Positions 14,704 to 27,280 of a stretch of DNA of 64,000 nt are shown one piece after another. Origin of the DNA: Eledone cirrhosa (Eukaryota); NCBI GenBank assembly GCA_964016885.1, contig CAXHJY010000112.1, positions 1 to 64,000 of the forward strand. The letters run 5' to 3'. The notes beneath the pieces were generated by a model. It made no database searches. It saw only the letters and a program-made list of their open reading frames with translations, and was not told the DNA's origin. The translations under genes were made by a program, and so were the position numbers. The stretch's first letter is position 1, and each line of letters starts with the position of its first letter.

Positions 14704-17380
14704 ACGACACCAGGAAGACCTAAAGAAAAAGTTAGAGAGACGATTTGGAGATACAAAATTTAAAACTTTGAACTCCAAATTACACCAGTTGAAACAACAA
14801 CTCACAGCTACAACAGAAAGACTAAAATATAAGTCAACAGCACATAAACGACAAGTGCTAAATAGATTGTTTGCCAGAGATCCTAAATCAGTTTATCGCA
14901 GCTTCGGTGGCAAAAGCTCAATACCTGTAAACGACACCCCTTCAAAAGAACAGGTTGAGAGCTACTGGAGATCTGTATGGGAAACGGATGACGGATTCAA
15001 CAGACAAGCTAATTGGCTAAAAGAACTGGAACAGGACTACTGCCAACATGTCCAGACAAAACAATATGACATAGATGGGTCAATACTGGAAACAGACTTC
15101 ATTACAGGATACTGGTTGAAGAATTTCACTTTCTATCGGCAAGATCTCATATGGCTGTTTACAGAAACCATTAAGGGCACACAAGAACTGCACAGATGGT
15201 TATCAACTGCCACTACTCTCCTTATTCCCAAAAATAGCCAAACCACCCTTGCTAAAAATTACCGCCCAATTGCCTGCCAAAACATCATGTATAAATTATA
15301 TACTGGGTGCCTTAACCTGTTCTTACAGGATCACTGTGCTACCAACAACATCATAACACCTAAGCAAGCTGGTGGAAAGAGGGAGGTGTGGGGTTGCATA
15401 GATCACCTACTAACTAACAAAATGATTCAGGAAAAAACAACAAAGAATCGCAGAAACATGACTGTGGTGTGGCTGGACTATCAAAAAGCATTTGATAGTG
15501 TACCTCATGGGTGGATTATTAAGGATTTACAGTTAGCTAAAGTCCCACAACCATTGGTAGCTGCTGTTGAACGCCTGACCAAGAACTGGTACACCAATTT
15601 GATCCTTAGAGGTGAGAAGGAGCAGGTTAAGACTGATAAGATACATTACCAGAAGGGCATCTTTCAGGGTGATAGCTTGTCAGTGCTACTCTTCGTTCTC
15701 TCACTGAATCCATTATCTTACCTACTCAGGAAACAAGGTGGACAAAGAAGTGGGCCCAGAAGTATCTCCCATCTTTTCTTTGTTGATTACCTGAAGTTGT
15801 ATGGGCCAAATATCAATGACATCAAGAAACAATTGGACCTCATTACACAATTTTCAACCGACATCAAAATGAAATTTGGTGAGTCCAAGTGTGCATATTT
15901 GGCAGTAAAACGTGGAAGAGCTGTGCCCCCCTCTAGAAATCTAGAGATGAACGGCCTGACAATACAACCTCTGCAGTCAGGTGACAACTACAGATATCTT
16001 GGACAGGATGAGAATGTCAGATATGATGGACCCATAAATAAGGAGAGAACCAGAACTGAATACCTCAGAAGAGTAAAGAAAATATGGTCATCAGAACTGT
16101 CAACATACAACAAATACATTGCCCACAATACTTATGCTGTGCCAATTCTAACGCCAACATTTGGCCTGCTGAACTGGTCATTGCAATAACTAAGTGAGAT
16201 GGATGTTAGAACTCGAAAACTTCTCAGTGTTACTGGGAACATTAACATCAATGGCGATGTGGATAGGCTATACTTCTCACGCAAGGAAGGTGGCCGGGGT
16301 CTAAAATCAATATTAACAACATATGAGACCCGGATAGTAACACTGAAGCAACACCTTCAACAGAGGAAAAAGGTTGGCAACCATCTTGCCCAGGTTTATG
16401 AGCATGAAAAAAGAAATATCATTAGAATAGCGACTGATCTGGAGGAGAGATATGGAATAAAGCCTGATATATATCTCTCACCCAGAGAAATCGGAAGATC
16501 CTATTCAATGTTCAAACAAGATAAAAAAATTGACCAATTTACAGAAAAAGTTGTGCATGAATACTTGAGGCATAAAACACAGACCATAGAGGGGATAAAC
16601 CACTCAAAAAGCCTGGCATAGAGTTCCGATAAGTTTATGACATCACACCTTGAGGGATATCTCTATGCAATACAGGAACAAGAACTCCCTACCAAATATC
16701 TGCTGCACAAAAGAGGAGGGCCAGCAGCTGACAATAAATGTAAAACAAAGATCGAGGATGTAAGCCACATTGTTGCCAGCTGCGAAAGAATGTCATCTCG
16801 CTACTACCTCCCCATGAGACACGATGGGATAGCTAGAACCATCTGGAACGCACTTCGGAAAACAAAATTAACAACAAACGAGGAAGAATATATTGAGACA
16901 GATGGCACTAAGGAATACTGGTGGAACCTGAAAATAAAAACTGCCACCAAATTAAAGCACAACCGGCCTGATGTTGTTTGGGACCACACATTGAAAACGT
17001 GTTCTGTTGTGGAGATCAGCTGCCCACTTGATGTAAACGTTGTCAGAAAAATACAGGAGAAGGAGGACATCTACGGACCATTGATGAGGAGTTTACAAAT
17101 CCAGTATCCAAGATACACCTTTAGCTTCATACCCATCATTATTGGAGCTACGGGTTATATACCAACCCGCTTGGACCAAAGTATGACTGAACTTGGATTT
17201 GCGGACAAAAAGCGCAGCTCCCTAATTCATAGTCTACAAATGGCTGCGATAGCTGGCACCTTAAAAATTTGCAAAACATTCTTGCGATTCAAGGGATGAC
17301 ATTTTCTTTTCTTTTACAACCTTGCCACCAGGAAGATGGCCAGTCAAAAAAATATACTCGAAATTAAGAGAAAGAGAAAA
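14704..17380 (+). mobile_element. R4/Dong-clade non-LTR retrotransposon (RT + CCHC + restriction-like endonuclease), 5'-truncated and inactivated
   Basis: YRPIAC, WLDYQKAFDSVPH, GIFQGDSLS, FVDY (mutated xxDD), YLG, RLYFSRKEGGRGL, HIVASC, RHD, RPD..VEISCP..K..Y, PIIIGATG; in-frame stops at 16189 and 16621 and small in-frame deletions. Confidence 0.88.
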
Positions 17381-17511
17381 CATATAAACATATATACATA
17401 CATACATATATACATATATATGTATACATACATACATATATATGTATACATACATATATATGTATACATACATACATACATACATATATATGTATACATA
17501 CATATATATGT

Positions 17512-17599
<88 letters not shown>

Positions 17600-17654
17600 G
17601 TATACATACATACATACATACATATATACATACATACATACATATATATGTATA

Positions 17655-18825
17655 CATCATCATCATCATCATCGTTTAACGTCCGTGTTCCATGCTTCCA
17701 TGGGTTTGGACGGCAGTTTTCCCACTTGAGGCAAGAGTGGTTGTCTTGCTCGCATAGGACTGTCTGGCGGGTTTTCTACAGTTGGATGCCCTTCCTAACA
17801 CCAACCACATTTACAGTGTGGGGCTGGGAGGTTTTTACCGTGTTGCCTACACGGCCACATTACAGCGTGGACTGTCTGGCAGGTTTTCTACAGCTGGATG
17901 CCCTTCCTAACACCAACCACATTTACAGTGTGGGACTGGGACGTTTTTACCGTGTTGCCTACACGGTCACATTACAGCGTGGACTGTGTGTTTTTTTTTT
18001 TTTGTCGTGACACCTACACGATCTCATTTGTTTCGGCCTGGATTTTCTGGCCCCAACATAACTTTACATTGAAAGGGGCGGTGTGGATGAGGTGGGGGTG
18101 GTGGGACGGGGGCGTATTTTGTTAGAGATGCCTACTGACTGTAGTAGGTTTTACTTTGTATTTAGGTAACGCAGGTCTTCTCTATTACTGAGTACCGCCA
18201 AAGCTCTCGGTCCAGTGACATTGTCTTGGAGAGGTGTAAGTGTGTGAGGTCGGAATTTATCAGCTCGTCCCAGGTTTTTCTGGGTCTGCCTACTCCGTGG
18301 CTACCGTCTATCTTTATTGCCCTGCACTTTGTTATACAGCTGTCGTCTTTCATGCGCATCACGTGACCATACCAACGTAGCCTTCTCTCGAGTAAACAAC
18401 ATCTGATCCCTCTTATTTCTAATTTTTTCCTTAGTTCGTTTATGCTTTGCCGTTCGTGTATATTACTATTACACATCCAGCGGAGCATGCAAGCTTCGTT
18501 CCTCTCTAGTCTGCGTATATCCTCTGCACACAATACCCAGGTCTCACTGCCGTGCAACATTGCTGTTCGTATGCAGGCATCATACAACCTGCCTTTCACT
18601 TTTAGGGAGAACCCTTTAGCGGCTAATAGTGGTATAAGCTCTCTGAACTTTTTCCATCCAGTTCTGACTCTAGCTACTGTACTTTCGGAGCACCCTCCCC
18701 CACTGCTGATTTTGTCACCCAGGTAACGGAAGCTGTCCACTATTTCTATAGAACCCTCTGCGCAGTTGAAAGAGCTAGTATTTGTGGGCACTTGCTGCTA
18801 CTTATTGCACCAGAGCACCGGCCAT
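17655..18825 (-). mobile_element. RTE-clade LINE 3' fragment with a duplicated ~113-bp segment in the 3' UTR
   Basis: ORF 18162-18791 IEIVDSFRYLGD..AMLHGSETW..LRWYGHV..GRPRKTW; (GAT)n tail. Confidence 0.92.
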
Positions 18826-19481
18826 ATATATGTATACATATATGTATACTTACATACATATGTATACATACATACATACGTATACATACATACATACGTA
18901 TACATACATACATACATATATATGTATACATACATACATACGTATACATACATACATACATATATATGTATACATACATACATATGTATACATACATACA
19001 TACGTATACATACATACATATATATGTATACATACATACATATATATGTATACATACATACATATATATGTATACATACATACATATATATGTATACATA
19101 CATACATATATATGTATACATACATACATATATATGTATACATACATACATATATATGTATACATACATACATATATATGTATACATACATACATAAATA
19201 TGTATACATACATACATATGTATACATACATACATACATATGTATACATACATACATACATATGTATACATACATACATACATATGTATACATACATACA
19301 TACATATGTATACATACATACATATATATGTATACATACATACATACATATATATGTATACATACATACATATATATGTATACATACATACATATATATG
19401 TATACATACATACATATATATGTATACATACATACATACATATATATGTATACATACATACATACATATATATGTATACAT

Positions 19482-20090
19482 GGTGGCTGCCAACTCGTTT
19501 TCGAGTACGGCCACTACTTTATATCCATGTAGGAGAACCCCTACCGATGCGCTGAACGAATGTGACTTTTTAGTCCAGTCAGCGACTTGAAAACTCTGGT
19601 ACAAAGACTACACTTGTGACCATTATTGACACATAGTGCAGGGCCCATGGTACCATGTGATGACAAGTGCAGAGAGATCTCCAGATATAAAGCAATGCCT
19701 GTGCTGTGAAGCTTTTATAGTGAGCAAAGGCACTGCACAAAGCCAGTCCCACTCTCTTAACCAAGATGATATTTACCAAAAAGAAGAACAAGTCAACATC
19801 ATTGGATACCATCAGGGTTGCAGGTGTTATATCAGAGTTTTCCTTCTCCTAGAATTCTGCCTTGACAAAGGCTAAGGGGTCATCTCTCCCAGTGATTTTG
19901 GATGGCTATTGACTCTTAAGAGCTCCTTTGCGCTTTGACAGGTTTTGTTTTTAGTCCTGCAGGATGTCCAAAGTCACCCTCCTCACCAGGAAACCTTGGT
20001 GGGGTTGCCAGTTTAGTCGCCAACGACCCGACCATGAGACAGGTTGTACTGGGATACATGTTACCAGTAGCACCAACTGGTGACCTGACA
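19482..20090 (-). mobile_element. Bipartite RTE-derived element, copy 3 (full length)
   Basis: Near-identical to copy 1, same 5' end GTCAGGTCACC. Confidence 0.8.
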
Positions 20091-20176
20091 TATATGGAGC
20101 ACCCAGTTGGCTCTCTAAGGTGGATGTATACATACATACATACATACATACACATACATACATACATATATATGTA

Positions 20177-20222
<46 letters not shown>

Positions 20223-20653
20223 CATATATGACCTCCCTAAAGGGTGGTCATGCTGGTGACATGCCAAATAAGCATCCAGTCCACCCTTTAAATTAATTAT
20301 ATGTTGGTGATACGACAGGAGGTATTCATCCCACCCAGTAAAGTGGGAGTGCTGGTGGGACAACAGAAGGTGTTTGTCTGCCCTGTGGAATGGTTGGGTT
20401 GGTGACATGACAAAGAGCACCCAGTTGGCTCTCTAAGGTGGATGTATTGGAGACATGACAAAAATTACTTAGTCCACCCTGTAGACTGGTCATGTCGGCA
20501 ACACAACAATGAATGCCTAGTCCAACCTGTAAAGTGATCATTTTTGTGAACGACACAAAACGCCCAGCCACACTGAAAATCGGTTGTCTTGGTACCAAGC
20601 ACACAATCCACACTATAAAGTGTTCATTTTGGTGCTACAACTAAAAGTGCCAA

Positions 20654-21387
20654 GTCCATACAGTAAAGTGGTCGTGTTTGTGCCACAATACAAAGCATCC
20701 TGTCCATACAGTAAAGTGGTCGTGTTTGTGCCACAATACAAAGCATCCTGTCCATACAGTAAAGTGGTCGTGTTTGTGCTACAATACAAAGCATCCTGTC
20801 CATACAGTAAAGTGGTCGTGTTTGTGCCACAATACAAAGCATCCTGTCCATACAGTAAAGTGGTCGTGTTTGTGCCACAATAAAAAGCATCCTGTCCACA
20901 CTGTAAAGTGGTCATGTTTGTGCCACAATAAAAAGCATCCTGTCCACACTGTAAAGTGGTCATGTTGGTGCCACAATAAAAAGCATCCTGTCCACACTGT
21001 AAAGTGGTCATGTTGGTGCCACAATAAAAAGCATCCTGTCCACACTGTAAAGTGGTCATGTTTGTGCCACAATAAAAAGCATCCTGTCCACACTGTAAAG
21101 TGGTCATGTTGGTGCCACAATAAAAAGCATCCTGTCCACACTGTAAAGTGGTCATGTTGGTGCCACAATAAAAAGCATCCTGTCCACACTGTAAAGTGGT
21201 CATGTTTGTGCCACAATAAAAAGTGCCCAGTCCATACTGTAAAGTGGTCATGTTGGTGCCACAATAAAAAGCATCCTGTCCAATGCTGTAAAGTGGTCAT
21301 GTTGGTGCCACAATAAAAAGTGCCCAGTCCACACTGTAAAGTGGTCATGTTGGTTCCACAATGAAAATTGCCCAGTCCACACTGTAA
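20654..21387 (+). repeat. 48-bp tandem array (~15 units) derived from the RTE/SINE 3'-tail unit
   Basis: Unit cactgtaaagtggtcatgttggtgccacaataaaaagcatcctgtcca; degenerate units upstream from ~20230; runs into GGAAGGGCATCCAGCC..GATGATGAT by 21540. Confidence 0.92.
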
Positions 21388-21685
21388 GTATAGTTGGCAT
21401 TGGAAGGGCATCCAGCCATTAAAAACAAGCCGAAAATAGAATGTACATGCAAGATATAGTCACCTGACTAGACTAATCTCAAATTGTGACAACTTGTCTA
21501 ACCTATGCAAGTATGAAAAATAGATATCAGTGATGATGATAAGTGATAAATATATATTGCCAACAGGGAAAATGGGTGTTAAATATATATATGTATACAA
21601 GCACACACAAATATACATATATATATATTCGTCTAACCCATGCTAGTGTGGAAAATGGACGTAAAATTATGATGATGATGATATA

Positions 21686-22040
21686 CATCTCATTTCTACA
21701 GCTGAGTAAACTGGAGCAATGTGAAATAAAATATCTTGCTCAAGGAAACAACACATCACCCAATTCTCAGACCGGGTGATGTGTTGTTTCCACTTTATTT
21801 CACATTGCTCCAGTTTACTCAGCTGTAGAAATGAGATGATAGGACTGCAAACTGGTCGTAGAGGTGCCACGGCAAGAAAGCACCCAGCATTCACTGTAAA
21901 GTGGTGGTGTAGGCACCATGGAAAAAAAGCACCCAGCACTCACTGTAAATGGAGTTGGTGTTAGGAAAGGCATCCAGCTGTAGAAATCAAGCCAGAATCA
22001 GTTCTCTTGCAAGCAGGGAAAAGCGGACGTATGATGATGA

Positions 22041-22044
<4 letters not shown>
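21686..22044 (+). mobile_element. CORE SINE with inverted 5' segment (fold-back)
   Basis: 21686-21761 is the reverse complement of 21774-21838; the + strand body ends (GAT)n. Confidence 0.8.
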
Positions 22045-22095
<51 letters not shown>

Positions 22096-23222
22096 AACAT
22101 ATCTGTATATACACACACACACACACACACACACGTGTATGTGTAAACATATCTATATATGTGTGTGCGTATGTGTGATTGAGTGCAAAACTAATAATTT
22201 TTTTCCTCGCTCTGAAAATTACTTAAGACATGTTCATTAATCAAAAGTGAACCAGACATGATCCTTTTAAACATTGGGACTCATAAGGGACATACACAGA
22301 CATTTACACATTTATGCCTAAACACACACACACATACACACATACATACATAAATGGGGGAGGGGGTAGAAATAATAATAATAACAATAATATTCTTCCC
22401 AATAAATGTCAATTTGTCTAGAAGTGAATGATATTGTTTTCCAATGATTTTGTTTTTCTTTAGGAAACTTTGCCAAAAGAACAAAGAACTCAGTATTCTG
22501 AACAATGGAAGTAAACACATGACTATATAAATAAATGAATAAAAAATTAATGTAATGAGTTTATGTTCTCAAATATAACAATTTGGCAGCAAGCCTATTT
22601 ACCTGACAGTCTTTGGCAATTGTTTTTTTTTTGTTTTTGTTTATTTTTCTGCCAGCTAATTTAATTTATTATTATTTTTTTTAATTTCAAATTTTACAAA
22701 CTATTTACAATGGATTTAATATAATTTTAAATATTGATTTCTTTTGATTATCATTGAATGAAGCCAAGATTATAATTTCTTATTGAAAAAGAAAGATAGC
22801 TTGAGAGAATAAGAACGATAGAGAATGAGTCAGTCCCAATGACATTACAAGTACTAAATTCAGAATATGTTGCTGGAGTAGTTATTATTTAGGTCATGAT
22901 TGAGCATACTTAGGGAGAAAAGCACTGCAGCTGAGACCATTCCATCTTTTTTTTGTCTATTTTTATAGTATATAGTATATCTAAAGCCACATACAGCATG
23001 TTTCTTTCTTTTTTTAGAATTCTGAAGGTGATACAAGCAATATTTGGCTGTAATTTCTAACACATCAATCAACCACATAGAGGCTCCCTTATTGGCTCAA
23101 CTATGAATGCTTTGATGTATTTTGTGAGAGAGAAGCAGGGTGAGAGAATAGAAGACTGAAAGAGAGTGAGAGAACTAAAATAATTGAGGCTTATATTTTA
23201 CGTGAGTAACCTTGAGACAAGT

Positions 23223-23253
<31 letters not shown>

Positions 23254-23412
23254 ACGTTTAACGTCCGTGTTCCACGCTTGCATGGGTTTGGACGGGGGTA
23301 GTCCCACTTGAGGCAAGAGTGATTGTCTTGCTCGCATAGGACTGTCTGGCAGGTTTTCTACAGTTGGATGCCCTTCCTAACACCAACCACATTTACAGTG
23401 TGGGTCTGGGAG
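23223..23412 (-). mobile_element. RTE/SINE 3'-tail fragment
   Basis: Matches 17655-17832. Confidence 0.8.
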
Positions 23413-24189
23413 TATATATATGTCTATTGTTTTGTTTTTTTTACTTTACTTTTCCAGCGTGTCTTCCAGCTCCATTAAGGATTATTTCATATGAAGATAC
23501 AATTTCATTTCTATAAACATTTCTAAACTCTAATATATTAAGCCAATAAACACTAGAAAACTAAGATATAGTAGTAGTTTTTATCTGTACACCTATCTTT
23601 ATCTGTTCCTTGTGAGCCCAACATTTCAAATACCAGATTGATAAATGAAGTACCAATCCAGGAATGATGTATTGTTGGAATTGTTAAACAGTCAGAAGGA
23701 ATGCTTTAGAGTACTTGATTTGGCTCTGAGCATTCTGAGTAAAAATCTCACCTCCTTCCATGAGTTAAAACCAACAGATGGTATCAACAATGAAAAAAAG
23801 ACCCAGTGCAATTCTTTGGTTTGATCTGATGATCAGCTCCTTTCCTTTTTTCTATATATACAGTTATATATATATATCATATATATCATATAATTTATTA
23901 TAGCATGGGATCAACCGAACAGGGATGTGTGGACCACATTATAATCTGTTGGTTGTGAAGCAGATAAAAGGAAGCACTCAATGACCTGCATAAACATTGC
24001 AAGCTGGAGCCATATATGTCAATAAAAGATCTGAAGCCATATACAGGGTCCAGCTGCCAAAGAATCAACACTATATGCCTGGCCAGCCCTCTGTATCAAG
24101 AAAAGACAATCTTTCTCGAAGAAGTTATTGGATTTTTCCTTTTTCCATACTTAAAGGTTTTCTATGAACTTTAATTTTTTTATAGGTTT

Positions 24190-24252
24190 TGCCGTCTGAA
24201 GAATTCAGGCTATCATAACTGATAGTCCTCAGCGAAATATATATATAACAGA
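24190..24252 (+). ncRNA. Hammerhead-like motif (partly decayed) in a TA-flanked PLE-like remnant
   Basis: CTGAAGA (24196), stem GGCTATCA-TAAC-TGATAGTC, GAAA (24234), TATATATA; stem I poor. Confidence 0.5.
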
Positions 24253-24524
24253 TCTTAGATAAACCTGAACCAAATGAATATGGCCTCAAATCTTTTATTG
24301 ATATATATATATATATAATGAAACAAAGCTATTGAATAGGACCGATACAGCTTTGGTCATTTTCTCACTCACTCAATAATTTAATTAAATCAGTATCATT
24401 AAGACATCAACCCAAGAAAATTAGAGTGGACACTTATATGTTAATTAGTGAGAAAAACGATTTCATGTTAGTAGAAAATTCGATTTTCCAGCTACAGACC
24501 AATGCATTATATCTATATATATAT

Positions 24525-24840
24525 TATCATCATCACCATTTTATGTCCGTTCTTCCACGCTAGCATGGGTTAGATGGGTTGTCCTGTTGTGAGCACTGTC
24601 CAGTCGGCTGACCTTGTCTTGCTCATACAGGAACTGATTCTGGCTTGATTTCTACAGCTGGATGCCCTTCCTAACACCAACCTCATTTACAGTGAGTGCT
24701 GGGTGCTTTTTTTCCGTGGCGCCTACACATCCACTTTACAGTGTGGGTTGGGTGCTTTTTTGCCATGGCACCTCCACGACCACTTTGCAGTGGGAGGGTG
24801 TGGGGCATATTGTCTATATGCTTCAGCTTTAGCTTGTTCC
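24525..24840 (-). mobile_element. SINE/RTE-tail fragment containing 48-bp-type units
   Basis: Homologous to 36290-36608 and 62540-62854. Confidence 0.75.
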
Positions 24841-25156
24841 TGTGATGGTGATGATGATTAGTTATTATTAACTAGCTCTATTATCAAAGGGATTCCAGTC
24901 ATGACCATCCAATCTTTTTCTTTTCTACCAGGAACCCAGTGTCACATTATTCAATGTAACTTTTTTCTAAATTGATAAGTTGTGGGAAATTTAGCTGTTA
25001 TTTCTAGCTGTTAATTAATGAAAAAGTAGTGCTTATGACTTTTGCAGTTTGATCATATTAATGCAATTGAGGTTCAGCTTGAACTTCAAATATTGGTGTC
25101 TGCAGGTAAAAAAAGTAACATTACAAAATTGAGATTCTCAGTTCAGTTCCTGGTGT

Positions 25157-25377
25157 AGTAACCAAATAGTAATAATTGTTTCTACTTTTGGCACAAGGCC
25201 AGCAATCATCCAAGTGTATTACTAGTACTTTATTTTATCGACCCCAGTAATACACTGGGATGATTGCTGGCCTTGTGCCAAAAGTAGAAACAATTATTAC
25301 TATTTTGGTTACTAATGCCTGGAGCAATGGAATATGAAATAACACAATGACTCCAACAAGAACCAAATAGTAATAAT
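25157..25377. mobile_element. Fold-back Nin-type SINE tail
   Basis: Near-perfect palindrome 25157-25313; flank AACCAAATAGTAATAAT repeated directly at 25361. Confidence 0.75.
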
Positions 25378-26512
25378 ATACTGTGCACAGCTCAGTCAAT
25401 CATACATCTTCGTGACAAAAAGACGATTAAATATAAGACTAAAATAAGTCAACATTAAATAGATTTAAACTTAAATAGTTTGAAGTATTTCAAGAAAGAA
25501 ATTAGATCTGTCTGAAAATTAACATAAAATAAATAAAACTACAAATCTAATGGAATAAAAAAAGAAAAAGAAATAAAACAATCATTTGGTTTTAAAAAGA
25601 ATTGAATTTCTTTTTGATTTTTAAGCATGAAAAATTAAGTTAGTTATAAGTTGTTCCGCATAGCTTTCCCACTGGAGAATTTCAGATATAGTTAGCTGGA
25701 AGGAAGATTTTCCAATTGATTCAGTTTTTAGACTTGAAATGAGATTTAAATGCAGTATAAATAAAATTTAGTCTAGACTAAAAGAAAAGAACACTATTAA
25801 ATGAGGTTACTTATTATAAAATGTCCTCATCTGGCTAAAATATACAAAAAGTGTGATTCTATTTCTTAACAGACATTTTTGTTATACACTGTACATAAAC
25901 ACAAAGTACAAACTCTTTCTAAGTTTCTTTATTCATTTGTAAGAAATTCTTTCATATAAAAACAAAGAATATCCCTAGCCATGAGATCCTTTACGTTCTC
26001 TTAAAAAGAGAACAATATATGTTAGAAAAATATAAACTTAATTGGGAAAAGTAACAGACAACTTATAGAGTGAAAATTGATGATGGCATATACTGTATAG
26101 TTGAGAAGAATTATTGTCCACAACATCCATGCTGCTTATTCCTTAACCAGCTTTGATTGAGCAAACCTATGAGTGATTTCTAACATAGGCATAACAACAC
26201 AAAATTTGGGGAGTTTTTGTAATTGATAAGTATTTTATTTTATTAACCCTGGAGTGATGAAAAATAGAGTTGACCTCAGCAGGATTTGAGCTAAAATTTA
26301 AAGACCCAAAACTAAATACTGCTATATATATATCATCATCATCACCATTTAACATACATTTTTCCACACTACCATGGGTTAGATGAGCTGCCCTGTTGTG
26401 AACAATACTAGGTCAGGTGCTCATTTGCTCATACAGAACTGATTTTGGCTTGGTTTCTATAGCTGGATGCCCTTCCTAACACCAACCTCATTAATATACA
26501 CACGCACACATA

Positions 26513-26575
<63 letters not shown>

Positions 26576-27079
26576 GAGTATATTAAATGATTCTTTATAT
26601 ATTTAAGATAGTAAATGTAATTTGAGGAAGATTTAGCTGCTATTTCTAGTAAGTTGAGAGACTCGACAGAGGCTAGCTTACTGTCTTAAGAACCACAAGA
26701 AATATTCCTTGAGATGACAGAATAGATAAAGACAAAGGTGTAATATGTAATAATTAGTGTGTCAAGACTTCAGTAAATTTGCTGATTTGCTGGAATGAGA
26801 TTAGTGAAGCAAGTGACAAGACTTAACTAAAACTTAGCATGTTTGACCTACTGCAGTCATTTTATTATTCCTACAGTCAAGCTATATTACTATGTCTGAT
26901 TTAGTTAGTCTATCTTGAAACTTATGTAGATGATAGATAATAGGAGATTCCAATATTTTTAGAAAATATTACAATATGCTATAATATGTGATTAAACATA
27001 AAGACTGACAGTTACACTGATGATTAACTTGCTAAAATAGCAACCAAATCTCCCTAAAAATCACACACATCTATCTTAA

Positions 27080-27280
27080 CCCTTTACATTACTCTGTATA
27101 TACTATTGTATTTTTGAAGTAAAAGCTTTATCTCACATAATATCAAATCTTTGAGATTTTGATATCATTTATTTTGAGAACAATACCTTAACATCAGTGT
27201 GAGTGGCCGGTTATAACTTGTTTGAAGAGAAAGAGGTAAAAGAATTCTAGTCGGATACAGTCGGTTTAAATGCTAAAGGG
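27080..27280 (+). mobile_element. piggyBac-like MITE (~200 bp)
   Basis: TTAA-CCCTTTA...TAAATGCTAAAGGG-TTAA; homologous copies at 38823, 42703, 47776 and 52490. Confidence 0.75.

Larger units (their letters stand above)
7890..20230. repeat. ~12-kb (TACA)n/(TA)n compound satellite with nested retrotransposon insertions
   Basis: Units such as tatacatacatacatatatatg lie between the inserted elements, essentially always with TACA on the + strand. Confidence 0.93.

Noticed and set aside
502-20231. Dozens of long Y/I/M/C/V/H/T-rich ORFs
   Set aside because: Translations of TA/TACA satellites, which lack stops in several frames; only the embedded TE segments are real coding remnants
20654-21387. 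CRISPR-like array or repeat protein
   Set aside because: Head-to-tail units without unique spacers, eukaryotic context, no cas genes; ORFs follow from the 48-bp period
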